DNA from: a virus
Lineage: Duplodnaviria; Caudoviricetes
Direction: 5' to 3' (one strand)
IMG/VR virus record: IMGVR_UViG_3300021431_000075
Coordinates: 192,001 to 256,000 of that record
Length of the DNA stretch: 64,000 nt
How positions within the stretch are numbered: position 1 is the stretch's first letter; each line of letters begins with the position of its first letter. Below, piece after piece: positions 1 through 9,297 of this stretch. Below the pieces are notes generated by a model. The model was given only the letters and a program-made list of their open reading frames with translations. It did not search any database and was not told where the DNA came from. The position numbers and the translations under genes were made by a program.

Positions 1-6
1 CATAAT

Positions 7-699
7 CTACTGTTTCGAATCTGCAGTTCCGCAATTAGTTATGACCAAATTAATCCAGAAGTTGTCATATAAAATGTTCTGCAACTGATGCAAGAACCTT
101 ACGTGAACGCTATTGACTTCCGTGTTAATTGTCAAACCTTTCTTGTCAATAGACGCAACAGTCAGGTAATAGTTATGATTTGCCTTTCTGATGACAATGC
201 TGTATTTGTTACCGTCCATTCCGAATGCCTTCATAACATATTCCGGATCTGACCACATTCCGTCCTTGACTACATCGAATCCATAGTTGCTCAAATCAAT
301 CTCGCTCAAAGAAACTCTACACAACAACGATAAATTGAAAGTTTTTCCGATAAAATGATTACAATCGCAATATACAATCATTGAATCGCCTGTTTTATAG
401 AATCCGCTCACATTCACATATGTCTCCTGACCTCTCAAAAAGAATATGTCGCCGACTCTTATATCTTCAGCCATCACTTGGTCGTCCATTTTCATACAGA
501 ACTCTATGTTCAGCGAAGCTTTGTACTCGCCAGTGCAGAGATTATTGTCTCTTGCAAAATCTTTCAGAAAAACACTATTCTTATTGTCCGATTCACCGCC
601 TGCATATTCAAATATAGCATCATTGCGTGAAAAGACCTTAACTGTTCCTTCTATGACTTTCTTTGCGCAATCGTCTTCATTTTCAGCCATATAAATCAT
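7..699 (-). CDS. Hypothetical phage protein, paralog of 683..1318
   Basis: 230-aa ORF. C-terminal VRFLHQLQNIL matches VKFLHKLQNIL in the neighbour; DIRVG/DVRVG is also shared. Confidence 0.75.
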   Translation of the reverse strand: MIYMAENEDDCAKKVIEGTVKVFSRNDAIFEYAGGESDNKNSVFLKDFARDNNLCTGEYKASLNIEFCMKMDDQVMAEDIRVGDIFFLRGQETYVNVSGFYKTGDSMIVYCDCNHFIGKTFNLSLLCRVSLSEIDLSNYGFDVVKDGMWSDPEYVMKAFGMDGNKYSIVIRKANHNYYLTVASIDKKGLTINTEVNSVHVRFLHQLQNILYDNFWINLVITNCGTADSKQ

Positions 700-1318
700 T
701 TAGAATGTTTTGAAGCTTATGCAAAAATTTAACCTTTATGCCATCGAATGAATCCAAAGTCCTGTCATCATCTCTTGAAATCACGACGCCTTTCATTATC
801 ATAAAGTCATCAGAAGGAGTTAAAATGATTGAGACTTTGTTCATATGTCTATCATATGCATTAAACGCATAGTATCCGTCAGGCATAAATTCATTCTTCA
901 TAAATTTGAAACCGTATTCTTCAAGAACCGCATCGTCAAGACGTACAGCACGAATAGCATCTAATGGAGCACAACCTCCCTGAAAATAAATTCTGTTGCT
1001 CATAGACGTGTATTCAATTCCAGTCACCTTCTTGACTTCTCCACCATAATTGATAAATCTGAACGAAGTGCCAACACGCACATCTCCGTAATCGACCATA
1101 AGTTCTTTATCGACATCAACATCCAAAGTCAACGTCGCGCTATATGTCCCGACTTCATTCAATTGAGAAAACATGTTGCCAACCAAAGATATGCTGCACA
1201 TATGCGGTTCCTCGCAGTTCTCATCATAATACTCGAAATATCTGGAAAACCCAGATATAGTCTTATAGACTCTCACGGAACCATTGACTTGTATTTTTTT
1301 ATTCTCAAAGACGCACAT
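683..1318 (-). CDS. Hypothetical phage protein, paralog of 7..699
   Basis: 211-aa ORF overlapping the next gene, with the shared FLHxLQNIL motif. Confidence 0.75.
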   Translation of the reverse strand: MCVFENKKIQVNGSVRVYKTISGFSRYFEYYDENCEEPHMCSISLVGNMFSQLNEVGTYSATLTLDVDVDKELMVDYGDVRVGTSFRFINYGGEVKKVTGIEYTSMSNRIYFQGGCAPLDAIRAVRLDDAVLEEYGFKFMKNEFMPDGYYAFNAYDRHMNKVSIILTPSDDFMIMKGVVISRDDDRTLDSFDGIKVKFLHKLQNILNDLYG

Positions 1319-1340
1319 AATGAATCATAAAAACATTTGA

Positions 1341-1631
1341 TTAACTCCAGTCCATAAATCTCATCACGTTGTCCAAGAATATTCTCCACCTGCGCTCTTC
1401 AACATCACGGTCCTCCGCATGATTCTCTGCACACAAGTACCATTTTGCAAACGAGTCCTTGCCAAAAATCATATTTAGAACCGCGATATAGTAGCATTCC
1501 TCATCAGGTTCGATTCTTTGTCCCGTGCTGTCGCAGTATATAGTTTCATCAACACCGTATCCGGACTCGGAAAACTCCCGAGCCGGACCGAATGCTATTT
1601 TGAAACGCTTATCATTATTGAAAACTTTCAT
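1341..1631 (-). CDS. Hypothetical protein
   Basis: 96-aa ORF in a tightly packed minus-strand gene run. Confidence 0.65.
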   Translation of the reverse strand: MKVFNNDKRFKIAFGPAREFSESGYGVDETIYCDSTGQRIEPDEECYYIAVLNMIFGKDSFAKWYLCAENHAEDRDVEERRWRIFLDNVMRFMDWS

Positions 1632-1650
1632 TTTCGTAACCGTTTAATAA

Positions 1651-2052
1651 TTAGTATTTGGATGTCAATTCAGAGACCTGCTTCTCAAACTCGCGCTTCA
1701 TCTCCTCTATCTTCTCATGTTCCATCATGATCCTTTCCCGTTCTTCGAGCGGTATCCCATGATAGCCACTATGCCAACTCTTGAGATTGATATGGTTCCC
1801 TCCATAGTTCGCAATGAAGTTCTCATACTCATTCCATTCAAGAAACTCGTTATAAGACACATTGTTCTCGACAGAGTACTTGATGTTTTCCATCGTAATC
1901 GCATACTCGTCATTGAAACAATAAAGACCGCCTCTCTCTTCTGCGACCCAGTAACCATATGAAACATCCCACATAGCGTTGAGATGCTTCAAATACTTGT
2001 CGCAAATCTCGTCATACTGTTTGGACAGCTCCTGTATATCTTTATTTTCCAT
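1651..2052 (-). CDS. Hypothetical protein
   Basis: 133-aa ORF with an AT-rich start context and a coiled-coil-like C-terminus. Confidence 0.7.
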   Translation of the reverse strand: MENKDIQELSKQYDEICDKYLKHLNAMWDVSYGYWVAEERGGLYCFNDEYAITMENIKYSVENNVSYNEFLEWNEYENFIANYGGNHINLKSWHSGYHGIPLEERERIMMEHEKIEEMKREFEKQVSELTSKY

Positions 2053-2069
2053 ATCTTTTTCTTGATTAA

Positions 2070-2504
2070 TCAGAACCAGACAAAATCCTGCGCCGGAAGA
2101 AAATCAACGTCATCGCTTGGAATAACGATTTCATCGGGCACAGAAAGCAATTCAAGCATTCCATTGAGATCTTTCTCGAAGAAAAGACCGTCGTTGCTCT
2201 TGAGTGTAAGTTCGCGAGACGAATTTCCTCTCTGCGCACAAACTGTCACAAGCGAAACTATCTCCGTATCCTTTCTGAACAGGACTGTTATCCGAACATC
2301 AACATCCTTCCCTTTCTTGACAAGAATATAATGATCGTAAGTTCCGACCGTCCGTTTTACAAAACCGACTCTCTCAACAAAGTCTCGACAAACCCTGCCG
2401 GTCATCGTGTTTTCAGCATCCGAACCGCCGGCTGTTCCGGATGCGATGCTTGCGTCGTTAAAATACATAATGTTATTTTCGTTAGAATCTATTATTAAAA
2501 TCAA
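2070..2504 (-). CDS. Hypothetical protein
   Basis: 144-aa ORF; the start may lie at an internal Met. Confidence 0.55.
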   Translation of the reverse strand: MILIIDSNENNIMYFNDASIASGTAGGSDAENTMTGRVCRDFVERVGFVKRTVGTYDHYILVKKGKDVDVRITVLFRKDTEIVSLVTVCAQRGNSSRELTLKSNDGLFFEKDLNGMLELLSVPDEIVIPSDDVDFLPAQDFVWF

Positions 2505-4183
2505 GGAAACATTGGATAGTCGTCTATCTCGTCATAGATATTGCTGTCCGTATCAGTCGGATAATCTCCGGGCTTGCATGTGGAATCCTTGTCGTTATCT
2601 ATGATTCTTTTCATGCCAAACGCTGAACAAACACTACTGTAGCATCTATCAAGAGTCTCTTTGAAACTCTCGTCAGAACCGTTGTTCTCATAAAATCTCA
2701 ACGCGTACAGAACCGCATTCCCAGAAAGAGTCTTCACGACTTCTTCCATAGAGACAATATCATAGTATTGCTTATCCGAAACAGGAATGTCAGTGACATT
2801 ATCAGCACACAACCACCGTCCTTCCTTCATATCAACGGGCCAGACATGATAAACATCATCACATTTCTGCTGAATCCTGAAGATTTTCTCAGTTCTGCTA
2901 TCTTTGACAAACACTCCGGCATCGAAATCTGCAATCTTGATTTCATCCACCTTCTTTGTTTCCGGATTCCAGACATATCCTTCTTCTTTCAACATTTCAT
3001 TGAACGTATCAATGTCCTTGCTGGTTGCAGGGAACATCTGCACATCCTTTATGACCACGAACCCGCCGGCATCCAAGTCAAAGTTTTCATCTTCTTCCAT
3101 GTCATCGCTGGCGCAAATATAAAGCCGTATAACACCAGTTGTCTTGTTCCTGTCATGGTATGGACCGATAAACCGTTTCCCGTCTCTAATCAAAGAAACC
3201 ATATCTCCGTCCTTCAGCATATCAGAACTCCACAACTCTGTCACGCCGGAAAGCATATCATAAGTCTTTTCAAACTCGCTTCCATTCAAAGCAACCAGAT
3301 GATACTTTCCATCCTCCACATCCTTAACCTTGTACACGATTCCGTTAGGACAACCGCCGATGACGATAAAGTCATCTTTCTTGAAACGACAATCCTCATC
3401 ATCCGAATCGCTATGCCCCGCAATATCCATTCCCGCTTCTAACGAAATCTGAACAGGCTTCTTGGCTTGATCATCCCACTTGTACCCGTTAAAGAACATC
3501 GTTGCTCTATGATGAGCAATCTCGTGGCATTCCGCCATTGTAACAGACGGCGCAAAATAAGTTTCTTTCTCAACAGTAAATGTTTCTTTCTTTCCGATAG
3601 CAAGAACACACTCGCAACTCACCTTGTACATTCCGGAAAGAGAAATCTGTAGAATGTCAAGAATGCCTATGAACACATCGGAAGAACCCTTCGGGCTAAA
3701 CCGAACAACATCACCCGTCATTAGGTCGTCCTCGCTAAAAGCACGGAAATTCTCAGAAACTATCGCCGGAGAATAACTCAGGTCTATCAAGCAACCGTTA
3801 TACGGATTCTCGATGACATTGGCAAACTTGCACTTGAACACTGTTCCCTCCTTTGTATCATTAAACGGCTTCGTGCAAATATACCACTGTCCGGGAACCA
3901 GCGTCTTTATGACAGACTTGACTTCCGGTTTCTGTTCATGGCTTTCCTGCTTCTGAACCGCGTCCGTGTTTTCAAGATGATTATTATCGTCACATGCAAC
4001 CTTCTCTACATTCAAGAGAGCCATCATCTTGTGACTGCAAAACGGACAGTTGATTCTTGCGCCGGCAGCTCCGGAAATACCGTGTTCATTCTCGATATCT
4101 TCCGTGTCATACTCAAACACAGCACCGCACTCTGGACATGTAGCCCTGTATCTCATGCTTCCACACTTGATTAGTTTAATCAT
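2501..4183 (-). CDS. Hypothetical protein with N-terminal Zn-ribbon and repeated modules
   Basis: CPECG...CPFC at the N-terminus; two related modules ending GYKWD/GYVWN. Confidence 0.75.
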   Translation of the reverse strand: MIKLIKCGSMRYRATCPECGAVFEYDTEDIENEHGISGAAGARINCPFCSHKMMALLNVEKVACDDNNHLENTDAVQKQESHEQKPEVKSVIKTLVPGQWYICTKPFNDTKEGTVFKCKFANVIENPYNGCLIDLSYSPAIVSENFRAFSEDDLMTGDVVRFSPKGSSDVFIGILDILQISLSGMYKVSCECVLAIGKKETFTVEKETYFAPSVTMAECHEIAHHRATMFFNGYKWDDQAKKPVQISLEAGMDIAGHSDSDDEDCRFKKDDFIVIGGCPNGIVYKVKDVEDGKYHLVALNGSEFEKTYDMLSGVTELWSSDMLKDGDMVSLIRDGKRFIGPYHDRNKTTGVIRLYICASDDMEEDENFDLDAGGFVVIKDVQMFPATSKDIDTFNEMLKEEGYVWNPETKKVDEIKIADFDAGVFVKDSRTEKIFRIQQKCDDVYHVWPVDMKEGRWLCADNVTDIPVSDKQYYDIVSMEEVVKTLSGNAVLYALRFYENNGSDESFKETLDRCYSSVCSAFGMKRIIDNDKDSTCKPGDYPTDTDSNIYDEIDDYPMFP

Positions 4184-4238
4184 AATTTTCTTTCTTTTAT
4201 ATGTTAATAATAAAAAAACATCCCTTGTCGTTTTTCAA

Positions 4239-5126
4239 TTAGAACAATCCGTGCTCTTCCGGCTCATAGTTCAAGTACAAAGACTCGTACACCATCGTGT
4301 CCCTGGACTTGCCAATCACCCTACGGAAAGACGAGTTTCCGCTGATGATATACATATGCTTCTTATACAGACATGCGGGAACCTTGTACGTCAAGTCTTC
4401 GTCTCCAGCCTTCCCTGCATAGCTCATAGCCCACTTACACCTTTTCTTGTTCGCGTCATCCAGCCATCTAAACAGTTCTGCATTGTCAAACCCTCCGAAG
4501 TACATCCCCTTGGTATTCGCATAAGGCGGATCCAGATACACGAAATCACCATTCTGCGGACACACATCGGCAAACGTTCTGCATATGAACTCGACTTGGT
4601 TCCTGTTCAGCAATCTTGACCATTCCGTAACTATCCTTCCAAGACTATCCGGATGAATTCCGTCCCTTGTTATGTGGAACGAATTGTTAAAATCGCCGGC
4701 AGAATTGTATCTCGGCATCCCGTTCGTTGTCGTCCGCATGATGAACATAAAGTCCAGAGGACTATGTTCCTTGTTATACCGTTCTCTAATGCTGTTGAAG
4801 AACGAGCGCTTGAACGCCTTGTCATGGTTGCCGTCGTTCATCTGGTGCCATAAATCCGAATAATGCGAAACAACCATTCTTGGACAATCCCTAATAGACT
4901 TCCAGAGATTGATTAGACCGTCGTTCAAATCAGAAGCAATGAACTTTCCGACATGATGCTCGCCGGACTCCATCAAGCAGCGGAGTACGCTACCGCCACC
5001 AATGAACGGCTCATAGTAAGTGCTTATCGTGTCGGGAAACTTGGAAACTATCTCTCCGCACTGGCTCCGCTTAGAACCGGACCACTTGATGACCGGCTCG
5101 AAAGATGTGCTCGTGAACTGTCCCAT
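4239..5126 (-). CDS. Dam-like (D12 class) DNA adenine methyltransferase, orphan
   Basis: KWSGSKR, YYEPFIGGGSV (motif I) and VYLDPPY (motif IV). Confidence 0.9.
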   Translation of the reverse strand: MGQFTSTSFEPVIKWSGSKRSQCGEIVSKFPDTISTYYEPFIGGGSVLRCLMESGEHHVGKFIASDLNDGLINLWKSIRDCPRMVVSHYSDLWHQMNDGNHDKAFKRSFFNSIRERYNKEHSPLDFMFIMRTTTNGMPRYNSAGDFNNSFHITRDGIHPDSLGRIVTEWSRLLNRNQVEFICRTFADVCPQNGDFVYLDPPYANTKGMYFGGFDNAELFRWLDDANKKRCKWAMSYAGKAGDEDLTYKVPACLYKKHMYIISGNSSFRRVIGKSRDTMVYESLYLNYEPEEHGLF

Positions 5127-5127
5127 G

Positions 5128-5367
5128 CTATTCTGAAATTACTGTATCGTTTTCCGGTCTTGTACGGATTGACTCCATCTGAACAGAGATTTCATCTACC
5201 CGTGTTCCGAGTTCCCTGTTCACTGTCTCCAGCGAATCAATGACACTGTCTATACGCAACGCATCTTTCGCCTGTTCCCGGATGACCTGCTGCTGCATCA
5301 GGTTCACGATGATGCACATCAGCACCACGAGACCTGCTATTATAAGAATGATAGACTTCCTGTTCAC
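5128..5367 (-). CDS. Small membrane-anchored coiled-coil protein
   Basis: N-terminal hydrophobic helix IILIIAGLVVLMCIIV followed by a heptad-like region. Confidence 0.65.
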   Translation of the reverse strand: MNRKSIILIIAGLVVLMCIIVNLMQQQVIREQAKDALRIDSVIDSLETVNRELGTRVDEISVQMESIRTRPENDTVISE

Positions 5368-5765
5368 TGTTCTGCTGCTTTTTTGTTAGTAGATGGAAAG
5401 CGGAACTTGTCCGGACTCTCAACATCCTTCGGATCGTTCACCCGAGCCTCAACATAGTTATACTTTATTCTTGTAGACGGTCTCGACCAGCCGTTGATGT
5501 CACGCATCAGTCTGGTAGTCGTAAACTTGTACGTCTCATTCATACCAAGCATCTGCTGAATACCGTCCGAATTCATTTCAGACACGATGCCAAGCTTCGG
5601 CTGCACAGTGAACACTTTCTGCTTTGATGTGTCTCTATTGACAACGACTTTCCGAGAATAATAGGGAGACAACGTCTCTCTATCTATGCACCACTTTGTC
5701 ATGATGTCAATCGTTGATATATCAAGAACTGTCAATTCCTTCATTTTATCAAATATGTGTAACAA
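5364..5765 (-). CDS. Hypothetical protein
   Basis: 133-aa ORF downstream of a Bacteroidota-type promoter near 5812-5821; start uncertain. Confidence 0.6.
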   Translation of the reverse strand: MLHIFDKMKELTVLDISTIDIMTKWCIDRETLSPYYSRKVVVNRDTSKQKVFTVQPKLGIVSEMNSDGIQQMLGMNETYKFTTTRLMRDINGWSRPSTRIKYNYVEARVNDPKDVESPDKFRFPSTNKKAAEQ

Positions 5766-5897
5766 TTTATTAACGGCTCCTATATGAAAAGAGCTGTACT
5801 CTTTTTCAGGTTACAAATATAGTTCTTTTATTCGGAACCAGCAAGAAATATAAAAATAATTTAACATTTATTTGGATTGTCTCACATCTTTCAAATT

Positions 5898-5965
5898 AAA
5901 AAACCTGCGCGCTTCACAGCGCACAGGCACAAAAATAATCTAAATCTTAAATTACCATGAAAAAC
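5898..5965 (-). ncRNA. Putative sRNA unit A1 (GUGA-loop terminator family)
   Basis: -7 TAACTTTGCA (rc 5970-5979), -33 TTGCA (rc ~5998-6002), hairpin 5904-5927 with GUGA loop followed by a U-run. Confidence 0.7.
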
Positions 5966-6022
5966 ACTTTGCAAAGTTAATAACTTTATTTCATTCATGC
6001 AAGAAAAAATCAAAAAAATAAT

Positions 6023-6093
6023 AAAAAATCCGGCGCGCTGTCACAGCGAACCGGATTCAAAAAAAAACTTTTTAATATACTTGCAAAAATTCA
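6023..6093 (-). ncRNA. Putative sRNA unit A2
   Basis: -7 TATCTTTGCA (rc 6098-6107), -33 TTGTC (rc 6126-6130), hairpin 6027-6057 with GUGAC loop plus U-run. Confidence 0.7.
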
Positions 6094-6164
6094 TCGCTGC
6101 AAAGATAGTGATTATTTTTGAACCAGACAACATAAAAACAAGTCTTTTAACTTTAATTAACGCC

Positions 6165-6249
6165 AAAAAAATCTGGCTCGCTATCACAGCGAACCAGAAA
6201 CAAAAGTACTTTTTAAATTCAAATCAACATTATTAATTAAATAATCAAA
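6165..6249 (-). ncRNA. Putative sRNA unit A3
   Basis: -7 TATATTTGCA (rc 6254-6263), -33 TTGCA (rc ~6282-6286), hairpin 6172-6198 with GUGAU loop plus U-run. Confidence 0.7.
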
Positions 6250-6310
6250 ACTTTGCAAATATAGCGATTTTGATTTTTCTGTGCAAGAAAATAATACATT
6301 TTTATGAATT

Positions 6311-6388
6311 AAAAAAACCGGCGCGCTGTCACAGCGAACCGGCTAAAAACATAAAACCTAAGAGTAATGATAGTATGTTTGCCTTTCA
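6311..6388 (-). ncRNA. Putative sRNA unit A4
   Basis: -7 TATATTTGCA (rc 6393-6402), -33 TTGTC (rc 6421-6425), hairpin 6318-6342 with GUGAC loop plus U-run. Confidence 0.7.
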
Positions 6389-6444
6389 ACTCTGCAAATA
6401 TATAGACTTTTTTCGAAACTGACAAGAAAAAACAAAAAAATTTC

Positions 6445-6538
6445 AAAAAAAAAAAATGTCCGCGCGCTGTCACAGCGAACGGACACAACCAAATATGTAT
6501 TGTAATCGTTCACATATTTAATAGAAATATCCATCAAA
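6445..6538 (-). ncRNA. Putative sRNA unit A5 (imperfect promoter, abuts the IS607 left end)
   Basis: Hairpin 6457-6485 with GUGAC loop plus a long U-run; only an imperfect -7 element (ATTATTTGCA, rc 6543-6552). Confidence 0.55.
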
Positions 6539-6614
6539 AATATGCAAATAATTTTAAACTATTGTAGTAAAAATCAGTAACATTAATGGTTAAAACTTTT
6601 TAAACATAAATGTT

Positions 6615-7205
6615 ATGGATTACTACATAAAGTTATCAGACTATGCGAAGCGTTTCGGAGTGACATACCGGACTGCATGGAACCGCTACAAGCGCGGACA
6701 GTTTCCAGATGCTATAATAGACGAGACGAATCACATTTGCATACCAATCAAGCATTTTGTAAGCGATGAAAACATCTCTGTTGCAGTGTATGCACGCGTA
6801 TCTTCGTCAGAGAATAAGAGTAATCTTGACAGCCAAGCAGAACGTCTTGTGAACTATTGCATGGCTCGCGGCTACAAGGTTTCAAAGGTCGTAAAGGAAG
6901 TCGGTTCGGGGTTGAACGACGAGCGACCGAAGCTTGACAGTTTATTGAAGGACAGAAGCATAAAAATCATAGTCGTTGAACACAAGGACCGCTTCTCAAG
7001 ATTCGGTCTCAATTACATACAGACTCTGTTGAGCATGGATGACAGGAAGATAGAGATAGTTAACGAGTCTGGCGATGACAAGGAAGACTTGATGCAGGAC
7101 TTTGTCTCTATAGTGACTTCATTTTGTGCAAGGCTCTATGGGTTGCGTAGGAATAGAAGAAGGACAGAGAAGTTGATTCAGGAACTTCAGAATGAAGATA
7201 AATAA
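6615..7205 (+). CDS. tnpA: IS607 serine-recombinase transposase TnpA
   Basis: N-terminal HTH (LSDYAKRFGVTYRTAWN), YARVSS catalytic motif, EVGSGLN, VEHKDRFSRFG, SFCARLYG. Confidence 0.95.
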   Translation: MDYYIKLSDYAKRFGVTYRTAWNRYKRGQFPDAIIDETNHICIPIKHFVSDENISVAVYARVSSSENKSNLDSQAERLVNYCMARGYKVSKVVKEVGSGLNDERPKLDSLLKDRSIKIIVVEHKDRFSRFGLNYIQTLLSMDDRKIEIVNESGDDKEDLMQDFVSIVTSFCARLYGLRRNRRRTEKLIQELQNEDK

Positions 7206-7266
7206 TAATAGAATAATATAGAAATCTTTATCGAAGATAAATAATATAGAACAATATAGAAATCTT
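7194..7266 (+). repeat. ~35-bp imperfect tandem direct repeat between tnpA and tnpB
   Basis: GAAGATAAATAATAATAGAATAATATAGAAATCTT (7194-7228) versus GAAGATAAATAATATAGAACAATATAGAAATCTT (7233-7266). Confidence 0.85.
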
Positions 7267-7279
7267 CATATAAAATATA

Positions 7280-8977
7280 GTGTCTGAACATAAGCATCAT
7301 AGAAGAAAAGTAGAAAAGAAGTCACAAAGAAAGATTTCTTCAAGTTCTTCTGTCTCTAATTCAAAGAATAAGAAGAAAAGACAGCCAAAGAAGCAGACTT
7401 TTGATGCTATGGGAATAATGCTTCGGATTTATCCGAACAGCAAGACACAGGAAGACTATATACTTCGTTCTTGTGGATGCGCTCGTCTTGTCTACAACAA
7501 GATAGTTGCGGACTATGAGTTGAAGAAAGAGCAAAGCTTAAGAGAATGGAAGAACAGTGAAACAGAGCATAAGTATCCGAAATACGGTTCGAAAGAAGGA
7601 AATGCTGTTTTGAACATGCTTAAAACCAATGAAGATTACTCGTTTCTTAAGGATGTCCATTCGAAGATGCTTCAGCAGGCAGTCTTGAATTTCTCGACCG
7701 CATTGTCAAACCATATAAGGTTCCCAGAGGATTTTGACGAGCCTGTGTTCAAGAAGAAAAGTAGACACAATGATTCGTTCCGCATTCCTATAGATGCGAT
7801 TCCCGGAAGCAATGGCAAGAAAGGAATACAATGTGTATATGGAAACAGAATATCGATTTGCTCTGAACTGACGGACGTTCTGTTTAAGTGCTCAAGACGT
7901 GACGAGAAGTATCTGAACAAGAACCAGAAGAAGATACGAAGCATAACAGTTTCTGTTGCTCCGGACGGGAAGATGTATGCTTCTGTTCTTATCGTTCCGC
8001 GCAATATAGACGTTGAAGATTGCGATATGATATGCGGTCTTGACTTGGGGCTTAAGGAGCATACGATTGAGCATCATCAGAAGATGTTCATTGATGATGA
8101 CGGCTTTGTTTCTCTTGCAGATAGTAATGTTGAGTATGTTCATATGCCGAACTTGAACAACTACAAGGATGAGAACGAAAAAGAACGAATGTTCAACAAG
8201 AACGGCGTTACAAGGCTTGAGCACTACAATAAGAAGTATATACACTGGCAGAAAGTTCTTTCAAGGACAGAGTATAATGCAAATACAAGAACTACATCAA
8301 GAAATAAAGACAACGATAAGAAACGAAACTATGACAGGGATAGTTTTCTAAACAAGAGAAGACTGAAGAATCTTGCACAATACAAGTTGAAGAGGGCAAC
8401 AACCAAGCCGTTCGGCAAGAAGCGCAAGAAGAATACATCCAAGCAAAATACAAATGTTGTATCTGAATGCAACAGACCCGTATGGCAGTACTCATCAAAC
8501 CGCCACGAGCGAATAAGGAAGCGCGCGGCGAAGTGGTCTGCGAAGATAGCGAACAAGAGAAGCGACTACAACCATAAGATTACGACAAGGCTTGTCAGAG
8601 AGAACAAGATGATAGTAACTGAGAACTTGAACGTGAGCGGTATGGTAAAGAACGGGAATCTGTCTAAAGCAATAATGAATGCTGGATGGAGCCAGTTCAC
8701 TCAGTTCTTGTCATACAAGGCTGAACGGTACGGAAGAATATACTACAAGATTGGAACATTCGCTGCATCTTCAAAGACCTGTCCGGTATGCGGGCACAAG
8801 TACAAGGAACTTACGCTTGCAGAGCGTGTGTGGACTTGCAAGAACTGCGGTGCTGTCATAAACAGGGATGAGGGTGCAAGTGACAACATAGTTTCGTTCG
8901 GAATAGAAGGATACAACGAGAAGCATCGAGCAGAACTTGACGAGCTTCGAATGAAAGACAGAGAACCAGAACTCTAA
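7280..8977 (+). CDS. tnpB: RNA-guided endonuclease TnpB (IS607), enlarged by insertions
   Basis: RIYP/GCARLVYN N-terminus, RuvC-I GLDLG, RuvC-II VTENL, Zn finger CPVC..CKNC, RuvC-III NRDEGASDNI. Confidence 0.93.
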   Translation: MSEHKHHRRKVEKKSQRKISSSSSVSNSKNKKKRQPKKQTFDAMGIMLRIYPNSKTQEDYILRSCGCARLVYNKIVADYELKKEQSLREWKNSETEHKYPKYGSKEGNAVLNMLKTNEDYSFLKDVHSKMLQQAVLNFSTALSNHIRFPEDFDEPVFKKKSRHNDSFRIPIDAIPGSNGKKGIQCVYGNRISICSELTDVLFKCSRRDEKYLNKNQKKIRSITVSVAPDGKMYASVLIVPRNIDVEDCDMICGLDLGLKEHTIEHHQKMFIDDDGFVSLADSNVEYVHMPNLNNYKDENEKERMFNKNGVTRLEHYNKKYIHWQKVLSRTEYNANTRTTSRNKDNDKKRNYDRDSFLNKRRLKNLAQYKLKRATTKPFGKKRKKNTSKQNTNVVSECNRPVWQYSSNRHERIRKRAAKWSAKIANKRSDYNHKITTRLVRENKMIVTENLNVSGMVKNGNLSKAIMNAGWSQFTQFLSYKAERYGRIYYKIGTFAASSKTCPVCGHKYKELTLAERVWTCKNCGAVINRDEGASDNIVSFGIEGYNEKHRAELDELRMKDREPEL

Positions 8978-9110
8978 AAACTGGCTGCCCTTGAGTTCAG
9001 GGAGACGGGACGTGGAGATGACCTATAGGAAAACGCATTCTTTGAATGGACATGTGAGTACCAAGTCACCGATGAATCGTCAAAAGAAAGTAAACATACG
9101 GGATTCTATG
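8978..9110 (+). ncRNA. Putative TnpB omega/reRNA scaffold
   Basis: Lies directly 3' of tnpB; CCCTTGAGTTCAGGG hairpin, then GTGGAG ... CGATGAA motifs that resemble IS607 TnpB reRNAs. Confidence 0.6.
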
Positions 9111-9297
9111 AATTTCTATGTTCTACAGAACTATAGAACACAAAAATTGAAAATTCCCAAATCAATCAATCAGTAATCTCAAGATATCTTCTCACATCAT
9201 CCTTCTTGTAATGGCTCATGATGTAGCCATCTATCTTGTCATACAACTCTGAATAAAGAGCCGAGAACTTATTGCCATTCTTGATTACAGATGACCA

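Larger units (their letters stand above)
6500..9150 (+). mobile_element. IS607-family insertion sequence (tnpA + tnpB); ends approximate
   Basis: MerR-HTH/serine recombinase gene followed by tnpB. ATAGAAAT-like motifs occur near 6521, 7218 and 7256 and inverted near 9105-9140. Confidence 0.85.

Noticed and set aside
5997-6236. 79-aa ORF across the sRNA array
   Set aside because: It is a low-complexity read-through of hairpins and promoter elements on the opposite strand.
5898-6490. The repeated CGCTGTCACAGCGAAC hairpins as a CRISPR array, REP elements or attC sites
   Set aside because: Spacing is 125-150 bp, stems covary rather than being identical, and most units have their own promoter and U-tail. 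No cas gene or integrase is adjacent.
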